From Phaeosaccion multiseriatum (taxonomy: Eukaryota; Protista; Ochrophyta, other classes), in assembly GCA_965112735.1 (NCBI GenBank), contig OZ218960.1:1860001-1924000 (forward strand): 64,000 bases of DNA, given 5' to 3'. The translations under genes and the position numbers were made by a program. Shown here one piece after another: positions 15,719-27,313 of the stretch. The notes under the pieces are model-generated. The model was not told the DNA's origin. It saw only the letters and a list, made by a program, of their open reading frames with translations, and ran no database searches. Every line of letters begins with the position of its first letter. The stretch's first letter is position 1.

Positions 15719-17533
15719 ATGGCGTTCCCGGCCCCGCAACTCGTGCATGTGGAAGTTGAGTGTGTGTCCTACGGAGGAGGGGAGGAGGACAGACTTGGAG
15801 AGGAGGAAGAGCTTGAGAGGTTTGCATGGGATGCTCTCCGGCCAGCTGGAGTGCTCGACGAGGCGGAGCAATTGCGGGAGAAGCATGTGGGGGGTGGAGG
15901 TGAAGACGGAGACGGAGGAGGAGGTGGCAAGAGGGGGGGAGAGTGGGGAAGTGAGGCGCCTGGGTGGACGACCCCGTGCCAAGGTAGCACTCTGAACCTC
16001 ATCACGATGGACCAGGTACGTGTGTGTTGAGAAGAAATATTAACGTGTAGTGTTGCCCATCTATGTACTCCGACAAAAGCCTAATCGCTCTCGTGTGTGT
16101 GTGACCAACTTGCCCTCCCTCTCTTCTCACGCCACCCACCTCCCTCCCTCCCTCTTCCTCCCTCCTACCCGCAGTTCTTCGACCTAGTTGGCACGGACAG
16201 AATGAAAGAGGCGAAGAGGAGGAATGAGGAGGTGAGGCAACGGCAAGAAGGGGAGACGAAGCAGGACTTGGGTGTAGCCGTTCCTGCTGCTGCGGCTGCG
16301 GCGGGGGAAGGAGAAGCAGGGGCAGGGCGGAGGATTGGCCCGGTCTTAAAGCCGTCCATCCTGCTGCCGAAAAGCCCGCCGTTTCTCTCAAGCTCGAGGA
16401 GCAGCAGCGTGCGTGCGAAGAGCGCGAGCAGCAGGGCAGCGAGGCAGTGGGGCGACATCATTCACCAACCGCTCAGCAGCAGCCGCAGCAGCAGCGGCGG
16501 CAGCAGCACCAGCAGCAGCAGCAGCACCAGCACCAGCACCAGCTTTAGTAGAAGCGGCTTCAAGAAGGGGCCTGGGGGTGCTAGGCTGCACGACTCTGCT
16601 GTAGTACGAAGTGCGAGAAAGGTCGCGGCCGCAGCGGCGAGGGCGAAGGACGAATGCTCATCTGCACCACAACAACAACCACCACCACCACCAGCAGAAG
16701 GAGGGGGACGAGGAGGAGGAAGACGGCAACATGGAGGAGCGGCGGGAGGACTTTCGTTGAGTGGTCTGGCTTCAGTTCCATCCTCAGCAGGGGCGGCGTT
16801 CTCGCCCCCCTACCTCACCTCCTGCGGCGCACACTGCCCACCACCACCGCCGTCTCTCTGCTCTCCCATCGTGTCGACAGCGGCGAAACAAAAAACGAGG
16901 CTCCTTCCCACGGTGGAGATCAATCCGTGCAATAGCGAGGAGGAGGAGCAGCAGCAGCTATGGGAGTCGCCGTTATCGACGAGCAGCAGCGATAGCAGCA
17001 GTAGCAGCAGCAGCAGTAGCAGTAGGAGGAGGAGCAGCATCCGCCGAGGTCATTTCCCCTTCAACGGAGCGGCCGCGGCGCGGACAAGAGGGGCAGGGGG
17101 AGAAGTGAGCGGTGTCTCCCCCTGTCTCTCCGCCTCCGTCTCGTCGTGCTCCTCGGCGGTCCCCTCGCCGACGTTCTCTCCCTGCTTCTTCGCCGCCAAT
17201 CGCGAGCAGCAGCAACAGCAGCAGCAGCAGCAGCAAGAGCGGTACACGCGGTATTGGAAGCTGCAAACGCAGCAGCAGCAGCAGCGGCAGCAGCGGCAGG
17301 CGCGGGAGAGCGACGGCCAGGCTGGCGAGAGTGGAAGCGTGTACTTTGCAGAGAGCGGTGCGGCTTTGAGGGGAGGGTCCTCTGAGTCTGACCACGCCGT
17401 TTCTCCCCACGAGAGCAGCAGCGGCGGCGGGGGCAGCCCGAATAGCAGCAGCAGCAGTAGTAGTAGTAGGAGTAGCGGCAGGAGGAAGAGGAGACTCGGA
17501 TTTCATGACAACATGGTTCCAGTAGCTCTGTGA
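15719..17533 (+). CDS. Hypothetical low-complexity (S/Q/G-rich) protein
   Basis: ATG 15719, GT-AG intron 16016..16173 joins in frame (ITMDQ|FFDLVG) to a 450-aa open exon. No recognisable domain. Confidence 0.6.
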
Positions 17534-18535
17534 GTGCGCGGGGAGCTAAGGGGGGGGGGCAAGAGAGACGCTTGCCACCCACCCACAAGACTTCGCCTGA
17601 CACGGAATGTTCCAGAGTAGGGAGAGATGCAACGAGAAGGGAGGAAAGACGGGGAATTCAGGTGAAATGGTCTGGCCGTACTCTGGCGGGTGGTTGGGAA
17701 GGACGTGCGTGTATGTATGGAGTATTTAATTTAGAAAGAGAGGCTTTTCCTTAGAAGAGAAGGCTTCAAATGGGGGGTGGGGGGGAAGGGGTTGTTTTCC
17801 TTGGAGAACGCCGTCGTCCAGGCCAATTGTAAAGGCTGCGAAGTCCCTTGTTGGACGGTTGGACAGTGGGGCTTGGTCCCCCTCACCGAGTCAATCTGCA
17901 ATTCAGTTTCAGTTTCAGCTTCAGTTTACACCTCTGACCCCGCTGTCTGCTGGTGTACTATGCGCGATAGCCAGTCTTTCCTGCCCTGATGCCCTCAAGC
18001 AAGGGGGCAACCCCCACCACTGAGGAGCAGCGTCACGTTGCCTGTCGAATCCAAGGGCTCCCCACAACTTATTCAGCCCGCTGGTACCTCCACGACACTC
18101 CCTACTCTGTTCTTCGACATGTCCTGTCTCACTCTCGTTCTCTGTCTCTCTCATTCGCGCTCCCTCTCACACTCCCTTTGACCCTCTGTCGTCCTGTGTC
18201 GTTCCACCAAGCGAACTTCAGACTTCAGACCCTTGCGTGACCGTTGGCTCCATCTCGCCTTCCAATGAAAAGGCGCCGTGCCTTCCGCGCCCCACGGAAG
18301 GCGCCGTGCCGGCCAAATATCAATGTCAATGTACCGCCGGATCGTGCCCCCCCCGCGTCGTGGGCCACGCCTCGCCACAAGGGTACTTAAAGTAAACAAT
18401 TTACTTTTAAGTACCCTATAAGTACCCTTGTCGCCACACACATTTTTCGCCACTCTGAAACTGAAACTGAAATCTGATGTAACCGATTTTACTTTTATTC
18501 CCATCCCCCTTATTTATCACCCACAGGACACAGGC

Positions 18536-19290
18536 ATGACGAGTACCAGCAGCAGCGCCGCCGAGTTGGTGGAACGCCCCGAGACGCGGATATTCGGAAT
18601 GGGAGTGGGCATATTTCTGTTTGGCTTCCTGGGGATGCTTTCCGTGTTCGCTTGCTGCGTGGGTTGTGCAGCCGCTCCGAGGCCATGGTAGGTGGGGCGC
18701 AAGTAGACGCAAGCAGCGGTGCGATCATGCTCGTCGGGTGCGTAACGGCCGTCTTCTCGCTCTTGCTAAAGTGCCGCTTTCAACTACTGCCCCTCCTCGG
18801 CTGGCAATGAGCGGGGGGGAAGGAGGACCACAGCCAGTCCTCCCGACCACTTCTTTCCATTCTTGTCTGCGCCGATCGCCGCGTTGTTCCTCACCATTGT
18901 CCCTCCCTCCTCTCCCCCCACCCCCAAATCAAATTGCTGCAGCGGGATTGCCACGATGGCCACGCTCGCCTACGCAGTGGTGCTCGTCATCCTTCTGACT
19001 ACTGAGCGAGAGTCCCGATACGAGGAAGACCTTGGCTACATGCTGGAGGTTCGTGTTTGTTCTTCTGGTACCACAAGGAAGAGTCGCTCCTTTCGATGCT
19101 TTTGCACTCCTGGTCTTTCTCTGGTTCCCTTTCCCTTCTCGGTCCCTTCTCCCGGCCGCGCCCTCTCACGTCCTCTTTCGCCCCCCTGCCTCGTCCCTGT
19201 CCCCCCCCCCCCCCTTCTTCCCCTTCTCGGCCTCGTCTCCCACCTTCCCGCGGCGAACACCGCCCCCAACCACTTAACTACCACTGTACC

Positions 19291-19346
<56 letters not shown>

Positions 19347-20035
19347 CAGGAGTACGACGGTACTTTCTGGACTCGCTTGATCATGGTCATCCTCACTGCA
19401 GGCGGGGTGGCGGCAGTGCTGGGCTGGATGATCTTCTTCGACTTGGGAAAGCCCATCCACGTACGTACCAGCGAGCAAATAGAAACCCCACTCCATATCG
19501 ATGGATGTATGTCGCACTTATACCACTCGATCAAGTTTGTTTTGTGACGTAGTGTTGTCTGGCTGTAAGAGGAGAGGGAGGGGCTTGAGAGCTGCTGCAG
19601 CAGAAGACACCCTTTGTACGAGGAGCAGGGGGGGGAGGTGTCAGAGGGACCCATGACTACTTGCCTCTGCTGCCTGGGATATCTCGCTCGCTTGCTTCCT
19701 TCACCATCGCGATTCACGATGCTTGACAGCATGAAAGAAAGACTGTACGATACTCGTGTGTACCACATACGTGCATTTAAGCGTCGGATTATCTTCCAAA
19801 ACAAGCTCTACGACTCTCTTATATTCCAACGCATGCCTACTCTATTACCACACCTGACTTGATCCGTGCTCCCTCGCTTCGCCCCTTCCGCTGACACCCA
19901 CCCAATCCGAACTCCCCACCTATGTCACCCATCACCATCACCATCGCTATCCCGTCTCGTACTGTGCTGTGCTACAATATGCAGGCTCAACTCATCCCCG
20001 AGAACCCCGGCCGCCGAACGGTCCCTCTCTTCTAA
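18536..20035 (+). CDS. TMEM218: Ciliary transition-zone protein TMEM218-like
   Basis: Exons 18536..18687 (RIFGMGVGIFLFGFLG), 18943..19048, 19350..19460 (EYDGTFWTRL...KPIH), 19985..20035 (AQLIPENPGRRTVPLF*). Three TM segments arranged like TMEM218. Confidence 0.72.
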
Positions 20036-20778
20036 GTGAGTGAGTGAGCTCCACCTTCCATCGGATGAAACGACATTCCGAATCATCGGATGCAGACACA
20101 TTGCTACTCGGGACATGAAGTACAGAGGTCCAGGTACACAAGCAACTGCTGGGCCTGTACTTGGTCCTTGCACGAGCCAGAGGCGAGCGAAGCACACCGG
20201 AGCACCTGGGTCGGCGGGCATGGCCCATCCCAATCCCCTCACGTCCTGACACAACCAACCCCAGCCCCTATTAGTCCAAGCAGCTCGGCCTCGCACTGCA
20301 CGCGTCAGCACACCGCCTGCCTGCAGCATCCTGAGAAGCGCAACCCTCCTCGATGCATCAGCATCAGCATCATCAGCAGCAGCATCAGCAGCAGTATCAA
20401 CAGCAGCAGCAGCAAGAAGTCAAGCGGGAGCTGAAACCCAGCTTGCTTGCGCAGAGCAGAGTGTAGAGGCACCCCGACAAGCACTACCTGACGCTGCTGC
20501 CCGTCGTGAAGGGCGCTGCTCCTCTTCGTGTCTGCCTGCTTTCTCTGTGTGAGGGAATCAGTTACCGTAGGTCCAAGGCCGGCAGGGGGGCGGGTATAAG
20601 GGTAGCCCTGAAGTACTGCAGAGCGAGGCATACCATACAAGACCCTGCCCTTCTTGCTCTCTGTGGACCACGTTATGACATCCCAGCACGGCGCGGCACA
20701 GCAGATACATGTTCAGTACATGAACGCATCCACGGTCTCTTGCCCCCTCTCATCTCAAACAGATGAAGGGCAGCCCCC

Positions 20779-21944
20779 TCATCTGAACCAGATGAGGTAA
20801 ATGGAGAGGCCTATAAAGAAGGCGAGCCATTGCTTTAGGAAGCCCCCGACGCTGATGTAGGTCCCTCGAACAAAGACCCAAAAGCAGAGAATAACCATGT
20901 TCCACCGGGTGAAGCCTTTGAGCCTCATGAGGTCCAGGGCAGTCGCCACGTGGGAGTGGCAATTGTCGCACAGCAGACTGCACGGAGGCGAGAGGGAGGG
21001 TAAGCATACACACACACATACAGAGGGCAGGTGGTGGAGGCATGAGTGTGTATCTATAACGCATGCAAACGTGAACGTCCATGCCTACGTCCACACACGT
21101 CCACACCTGCACACACCCACATACATATACGCATACGCACACAACCCACACACGTACCAACATACATACATACAATATGTATATACAAACAAACAATTTA
21201 TATATATAATACATACTTGTGCATCCTCCCGTTGTAAATCTCCGACGCCTGGTAGGGTAGATTTGTGGGGTTGCACAGGCAGAGAGAGACAGAGAGGGTT
21301 TTAATTAGGGCGGTCGTTCGGTACACTCGTTTTGACATGAGGCCCGTTGAGCAGAGGAGTGAAGGTGTTCATTGCAGGGATGAATAGGGCGCGCGACTTT
21401 GCTCTCGCCAAGTTCGCGAAGGGCAGTGATGCACCCCATCGTTCCATGACTCAGTCCAGTAAGTGCTGCCACCTCTCGTTTCTCCTTTCATTAGTCAAGA
21501 CACGCTTTCACTCACCCTCGCTACGGCCTCATCCCACTCATCTGGGGACACCTCCCCTGGGTCGAGACGGAGGTATCGGGTGGGTTTGCCGAAGGCCATG
21601 TGGTCCACTGTCACAGCGTACGGTCCCGCAAAGTCGAAAATCACGCCAGAAGAGTCAGCGATGCCCATATGTCTGAGTACCAGGTAAGAGGTAGCAGTGC
21701 GAACAGGCGGATCGAAGACGCAGGCTTCGGTTATCATTGTGCGCTGAGTTTGAGTGCGTGAGCCGTGGCGAGGACGTGAAGGTTCAATCAAGCCAACCAC
21801 TAGAATTAGAAAGTATTACCCGATGGGAGGAAGGAACCACGTGATGATGGGCAGAGGGGTCCAAACGATACAGTAGGGGAATCTAGACCGGCTGACATCG
21901 ATCTCCGCACAGCTGCTGCTGTCCTCGTCGCCAAGTCGGCTCAT
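20779..21944 (-). CDS. TMEM222: TMEM222/RTE1-like (DUF778) protein
   Basis: [22 protein letters not shown]|[27 protein letters not shown]|[11 protein letters not shown]|[15 protein letters not shown] across 4 exons. Confidence 0.93.
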
Positions 21945-22001
21945 TTTATAGATGAAGATATGGTTTATTGTATAAGAAGAAGAAGAAGAGAGGGAAGCAT
22001 A

Positions 22002-22042
22002 TATTGACTTAAGAGGAATCACCTGAGAAACTGAAACTGAAA
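22002..22042 (+). mobile_element. Short dispersed repeat ending in (GAAACT)n, probable retroelement 3' tail, copy 1
   Basis: TATTGACTTAAGAGGAATCACCTGAGAAACTGAAACTGAAA, near-identical to 38031..38065. Confidence 0.55.
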
Positions 22043-22466
22043 GTGTGTGTGTGGGTGTGTGTGTGAGACGAGAGTGTCAAGGTGGGGAGGAGGGGGGACG
22101 CGTGCACGATTGGAGAACCAAGAGTAGACCCCGAACGGCGGAGGCCGCCGAAGCGACTGCCGCCGAACAAGGGAGAACGATGGATCGAGCGCCCATTTGT
22201 GAATCGAATGCCCAACTCGCCCACTTGGCGACCTGAAACTGAAATGCCCCCTACCTCACCTGACCCCGAAAGGGTGTAATTGACCCCTTCCCCCGCTAAA
22301 CCGACGGTGGCAGCTGAGTAGCCGAAGCCGCCGAGGCAGAGCGTGAAGGGCGCGGCCACAGCAGCAGCGGGAGCAGCTGAAGCAGCTGAAGCAGCCGCAG
22401 CAGTCCAAAACAGAAACAGAAGAGAAGAGAGAAGGAAGAGTTAAGAAAGTTAAAAATAGAGTCAAG

Positions 22467-23468
22467 ATGGAGAAAGAGGAGGATAGGGGAGTTGGGATCT
22501 ATGCCTGTGCCGAGGTGGTTCCATCATTTGAGGCTTGTAAGAAGGCGTTGGCACAGGGTATGGGGGAGGTGCTGGCCAAAATCATGAGCGATATTGGCGA
22601 AGGTCATGACGCATTCATCGCGACGGTGAGCAAGGAGTGGAAGTACTACTACAGACGTGCCCATCGCAGCAAGAAAACATCGGAGAAGAGTGTGGTGGAG
22701 TCCGCCGAGCGCTTGCACTGGGCGAAGCGCTTCGGCTGTAAACTGACCGTGGAGACTTTTGTGGCCGCCGCCAGGCACGGGGACGTGACGCTGTGTAAGA
22801 TTCTCCACGGCAAGGGTTGTGAATGGAATCAGAGGGTGTGTTACGCAGCTGCAGAGAATGAGAAGCATGGCCTGAGCATCCTCCCGTGGCTGCGATCCGA
22901 AGATCTTCCTGGGAAGGAGAGGTGTCCGTGGGATGAAGACATGTGCGGCTGGGCTGGACAAGAAGGGAGACTGGAGATACTGGATTGGCTGCTGTCGGAG
23001 CAAGGAAATGCTCCATTTCTCAGCTCCTGCTGGAGCGAGGTTTGTCAGGGGGGGCACATTCCCGTCTTGAAATACCTGCTGAATCATGCCCGCACGAGAG
23101 CGTTGCTTGAAGAGAATAGAGACGGAGAATGGCGTAAGGGGGCCATGATGGCTGCGATGCTGGGGCACCTTGGGGCACTCAAGTTCCTCCACGCCAATGC
23201 CTACCACCTCTGCGATTGGGATGAGGGAGTCTGCGAGACTGCAGCCGAGTCCAAGAGTCTCGCAATGCTCAAGTGGCTCCGGTCCGAGGCGGTGCTGTGC
23301 CCATGGGACGAAATGTCGTGCCCGCAGGTCGTCCTGACCAAATGGAAGGGCAGCCTGTCTGGCAGAGGCAGACTGGGACAATTCAGTTTTCATATGGACG
23401 CTGAGACCTTCGAGAAGACCAAGCAGTGGGTGCATCGGAATGGCCACCCCTGCAACTGCCACGACTGA
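22467..23468 (+). CDS. Intronless CPWD-type ankyrin-repeat protein with degenerate F-box-like N-terminus
   Basis: 333-aa ORF with repeats AA..G.LEIL.WL...CPWDE (RCPWDEDMC, LCDWDEGVC, LCPWDEMSC) and N-terminal VLAKIMSDIGEGHDAFIATVSKEWK. Confidence 0.85.
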   Translation: MEKEEDRGVGIYACAEVVPSFEACKKALAQGMGEVLAKIMSDIGEGHDAFIATVSKEWKYYYRRAHRSKKTSEKSVVESAERLHWAKRFGCKLTVETFVAAARHGDVTLCKILHGKGCEWNQRVCYAAAENEKHGLSILPWLRSEDLPGKERCPWDEDMCGWAGQEGRLEILDWLLSEQGNAPFLSSCWSEVCQGGHIPVLKYLLNHARTRALLEENRDGEWRKGAMMAAMLGHLGALKFLHANAYHLCDWDEGVCETAAESKSLAMLKWLRSEAVLCPWDEMSCPQVVLTKWKGSLSGRGRLGQFSFHMDAETFEKTKQWVHRNGHPCNCHD

Positions 23469-23886
23469 GAGGATGGTGAGGGATCCACTCTGTGGGCCGC
23501 TTCAGAGACTGCTTCTGCTTCACCCATCAGCTGCAAGGACATTCTCTGATAATACAATCGAGTGTATCTGTTACCATGCGGAAAAGGAAATGGGAAGAAT
23601 CCGGAGTGCCGCAGAGAGGGAGCTGAGCCGCCACCGCCTGCGTTTAGCGTGTGGGTGCGTATCACGTTCAGCGAGGCCATGAGGAACCCCACTCATTGGT
23701 AGAGATGGAATGGATCCTGGATGTGGACGGAAGCACACAGAGACAGAGAGAGAGAGGAGGTCACGAGGAAGCGGGCGGGGGAGGACGCCCCACCGTGGCA
23801 AGGGAGGCAGCAGTAGTAGCAGTAACAGTAGCAACTGCAAGTACCGCTGGGCCTTGCGTGACACCACCATCAACCGCGTTTGATTT

Positions 23887-24087
23887 TCGGCCCCCCGCGA
23901 GGTTTCTCTGGCTCCTGGCTTCGGGCTTCTGGCCGCAGGCCAGCGCTGGCTTCTCGGCTTTCGGCCGTAGGCCGCCTCTGGCTTCTGGGTTGCCACTCTT
24001 TCCCAGTGGTGACTGGCTTCCGCTGGTCGCAGCCCAGCCCCTGGCTTCTCGGCTATCGGGGGCCAGGGAAGCCTCGCCTGGGGCCGA
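23887..24087. mobile_element. MITE copy B (201 bp), 20-bp imperfect TIR, 6-bp TSD TGATTT
   Basis: TCGGCCCCCCGCGAGGTTTC / GAAGCCTCGCCTGGGGCCGA. TGATTT at 23881-23886 and 24088-24093. Interior GGCTTC arrays are homologous (inverted) to copy C. Confidence 0.9.
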
Positions 24088-24371
24088 TGATTTGGTTGTT
24101 GTTTTTTTAAATTTTTTATATATATATACATATTATATTTATATATATATGAGATGGAAGATCATGAGGCCCTAAGATGCAGCGCCGCAAGCAGCTTCAC
24201 ACCTCTTGCTCGCAGTGCGAGTTTCGGGTGGGACGCCGCACGCTTCACCGGCAAGCGCCCGGGCAGAGCGAGGGTCAAGGGTCACGAGTGAGCAACGTGG
24301 TCCTTCCCCTGTAGAGAGGGCATGGGCTGGTAGGTGAGTTGGGGAGGGTTTCAACCCCTGATACACTATCA

Positions 24372-24610
24372 TCGGCCCCTGACATGCTTCTGAGACAGGC
24401 CAGCCCAGAAGCAGGAAGCAGGCCGGCCGGCGCCGGCCAGAAGCAGGAAGCAGCCTTGGCCCTCGTCATTGCCTTATTACATGGCTTTCCCCCAGAACCT
24501 CGAACCTGCCTGGCCGGCTGGCGCCGGCCAGAAGCAGGAAGCAGGGTCACCTCAGAAGCATGTTCGCCCACATTCTCTCGGAAAGCGCGCCGGCTGGCGC
24601 CGGCGATGCG
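24372..24610. mobile_element. Truncated MITE copy D of the same TCGGCC family
   Basis: Left end TCGGCCCCTGACATGCTTCTGAG. Inner IR ACATGCTTCTGAG (24382-94) / CTCAGAAGCATGT (24551-63). CCGGCTGGCGCCGGCC core shared with copy A. Outer right end and TSD not found. Confidence 0.65.
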
Positions 24611-24756
24611 GAAGGTTTCCCCCTTACTTTTACACTTTACTTTTTGGCGGGGATTAATTCTTCCCCCTCTCCCCCCCCTAGTGGAGTTGGGGCACCTGCT
24701 CTATCGAACTCGAGGAGCAGAGAGAAGCGCGGGGAGAAGGAGGGGAAGGTGTTCTC

Positions 24757-25233
24757 ATGGACAGGCCAACAAGACAAGGTTCGCCAGGAAGGAGCGGGGA
24801 ATTCCTCCAGCAGCAGCCGCAGCAGCCGCAGCAGCAGCAGCAGCAGCAGAAGAAGAAGAAGCATTCGGGAAAGGAGTGGGGCAGCAGGGCGGTACGCAAA
24901 CGGTCAAGGTCTTTGACGCCGTCGCCCCCTACTGTTGCTACACAGCAGGCCTCAACTGTCCCAGCAACAGCAAGACGCCACACATTTTGTCTGGGTTTGG
25001 ACATATCCTTGATCGACCGCACGCATCAGCCGCTTGGGGGCCCACAGCCTCCCCAGGATCGACGCCGTCATGCTCAGACTTTGAACTTGCCACTCTCGGA
25101 TGGATCCCCTCTGCCTCTCCTACTGTTTCACGGAATGCGCATCCACGAAATGGGGCTGTCGGAGTATGAAGCGCACCAGCTGAGCAAGGGAGACCGGGTG
25201 GACAACGAAAGCAGCAGGACAAAGAGCAGCTGA
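24757..25233 (+). CDS. Possible hypothetical Q/K-rich protein
   Basis: 158-aa ATG ORF with polyQ and a basic NLS-like stretch. No homology recognised. Confidence 0.3.
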   Translation: MDRPTRQGSPGRSGEFLQQQPQQPQQQQQQQKKKKHSGKEWGSRAVRKRSRSLTPSPPTVATQQASTVPATARRHTFCLGLDISLIDRTHQPLGGPQPPQDRRRHAQTLNLPLSDGSPLPLLLFHGMRIHEMGLSEYEAHQLSKGDRVDNESSRTKSS

Positions 25234-25355
25234 CGACCCACTGGCAGCAGTAGGCAGACGGTCCTTCCTACAGCCACGTGCTGGACTCGGTGGCGTCGAC
25301 CAGAGGGGGGCGGGCATCTCACGGCCGAACGTAATAATAGAGCTTCTTATGAAGC

Positions 25356-25391
<36 letters not shown>

Positions 25392-25719
25392 AGCAGTAGT
25401 AGTAGTAATACTTTATTCGCGGGCAGAGAGGACACTGCATTGTAGGTACAGAAACAGGAGAGCGACAAAGGCTAATGTACTATCCGTTACTCAGTCCATA
25501 ACTATCTCTCAGACAACCCCTATGTATGTTTTGCGGACACTCGCCTTCGCCACAGATCCGTCTACCCGTATGTACGGCACAGAGATGCAAGCAGCGACAA
25601 CGGACGCCAGGCCAACATCGAGACAGTTGGTTATACAGCATCCTGTGACTCAGACTTGCTGCGGCCCCAACTACAGCGCTCAAAACGCGCCCACGACGAC
25701 CCCCCGAACACCCCCACTC

Positions 25720-25774
<55 letters not shown>

Positions 25775-26268
25775 GCAGAAGAGCTGCCAAGCTGCTCGAT
25801 AGATACACTAGGTAACTCCCTCCTCCACCGCTGCAATCACACCTGCCAACCGCTGTTGCCGTGTGTCAGTTGTGAGTATGAGAAGAGAGAAGGTAGCACC
25901 GAAACCGCACACTCACTCATCCACCCTGCCCCAAGATCTGAGCAAGAGGCCCCCTCCCTCCCACGTCATGTTGTGCTTCCTCCCGCAGCCCTTGCTGCGC
26001 TATTGGCAGCCACCGCTGCTGCCACACCCGCGGAAATTGCCGAAGCCCCCCCCCCCCCCCCCCTCCTCCTCCTCCGCCGCCGCCGCCGCCGCCGCCATCG
26101 CCGCCGTCCGCACCTGCTCCCTGCTGCTTACACACATGCGAGAGGAGGGGGGGGCATGCAGTAGGGGGAAAGTCGATGAGAGGGGATGGAGCAGCAGGCG
26201 GTACGGCATGAATGATGGCCTAGCATCCTCTTCAGCTTGACCGCTACCCACTCGGTGGGACAGCGAAT

Positions 26269-27313
26269 TCATCTCGCCTACGAGAGAGAGGCGTAAGGCG
26301 GGACTTCTGTTTCGGGAATATCTATCTTCTCATGCTTTTTTTACCCTCGCTTACGAACGCATACTTGCTTGCCCACTGAAGAGGGGGGGGGGCAGTCGTA
26401 TAGCATCCTTTAATACGATTCTGACCCTGACCCCGACTCTGACCTTGGCCCTGACCCTGACCTTCACCCGTACCCGTAGCCGGACCCCGACCCTGACCTT
26501 GGCCCTGACCTTCACCCCGACCCTGCCCCTCCCCCTGATACCCTGACCTTCACCTGGAGCCTGACCCTAGCCCTTATACCCTGATACCCTGAGCACCACA
26601 ATGCGCACTAGTCCCATCCATCTATGTGTGCCCTTCCCCGCGTCAACCCAACCCAACCCAACCCCAGGCAGGCACTCCCCAAATCACCTCACACCTCACC
26701 TGTTGTGCATCCGACGGTGCTCCCTTCTGCATGAGGTGTATCTGCTGCTCCATGAGGTAGTTAAAGGCCACGATTTGGTCCCGTAAGCGAATGCGGCAGG
26801 CAAACGAGTAGAAAAACTCTGGGTTCTGTGGGTGGAGGAGGAGATGGAGGATACACAAAGGGGTTGAGGAGTTGGAAGGGGAGAGGGTAAACGAGCAGCG
26901 GGATGGGGGGGGGAGGAGGGGCAAGAGAGTAAGCGAGAAGGGCCTTGCGGAGATGAATTTTCTATCGCTTTGACCTACTAAAACTAAATGCCGTGTTGCA
27001 TCCATCTTTGCGGCTTACTTCCTCACTGACTGACCTGCTCCTCCAGTTTGGACCACACCAGACAGGTGAAGGAAGGCTCGATGTTGGCCTGGATCTGCAG
27101 AGCTTGTATCACCTCTTGGTACGTCATGAACTGCTGCAAACATCGCTCAATCAGGTTTTGCACTACCTTGATGTCGTTCCAGGAGACGTTGGCGTCAGAC
27201 ATTGCATCCTGCTGCTGGTGGGCTTGAGCTTGGGCCTGCTGTTGCTGTTGCTGCTGCTGCTGCCGTTGACTGCGCTGCTGGCTGGCCCTCGCCGACTGCT
27301 TTCGCCCGCTCAT
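26269..27313 (-). CDS. A_thal_3526 (TIGR01589/PF09713) family protein
   Basis: IKVVQNLIERCLQQFMTYQEVIQALQIQANIEPSFTCLVWSKLEEQ|NPEFFYSFACRIRLRDQIVAFNYLMEQQ. Exons 27313..~27035, ~26827..~26699 and a probable last exon 26277..26269. Confidence 0.85.
26424..26592. repeat. Degenerate (CCCTGA)n hexamer array, intronic
   Basis: Repeated gaccct/gacctt/gacccc units. Confidence 0.85.

Noticed and set aside
26424-26592. Telomere-variant (TCAGGG)n or coding GQ repeat
   Set aside because: Highly degenerate and located inside a probable intron. No supporting splice sites for an exon.
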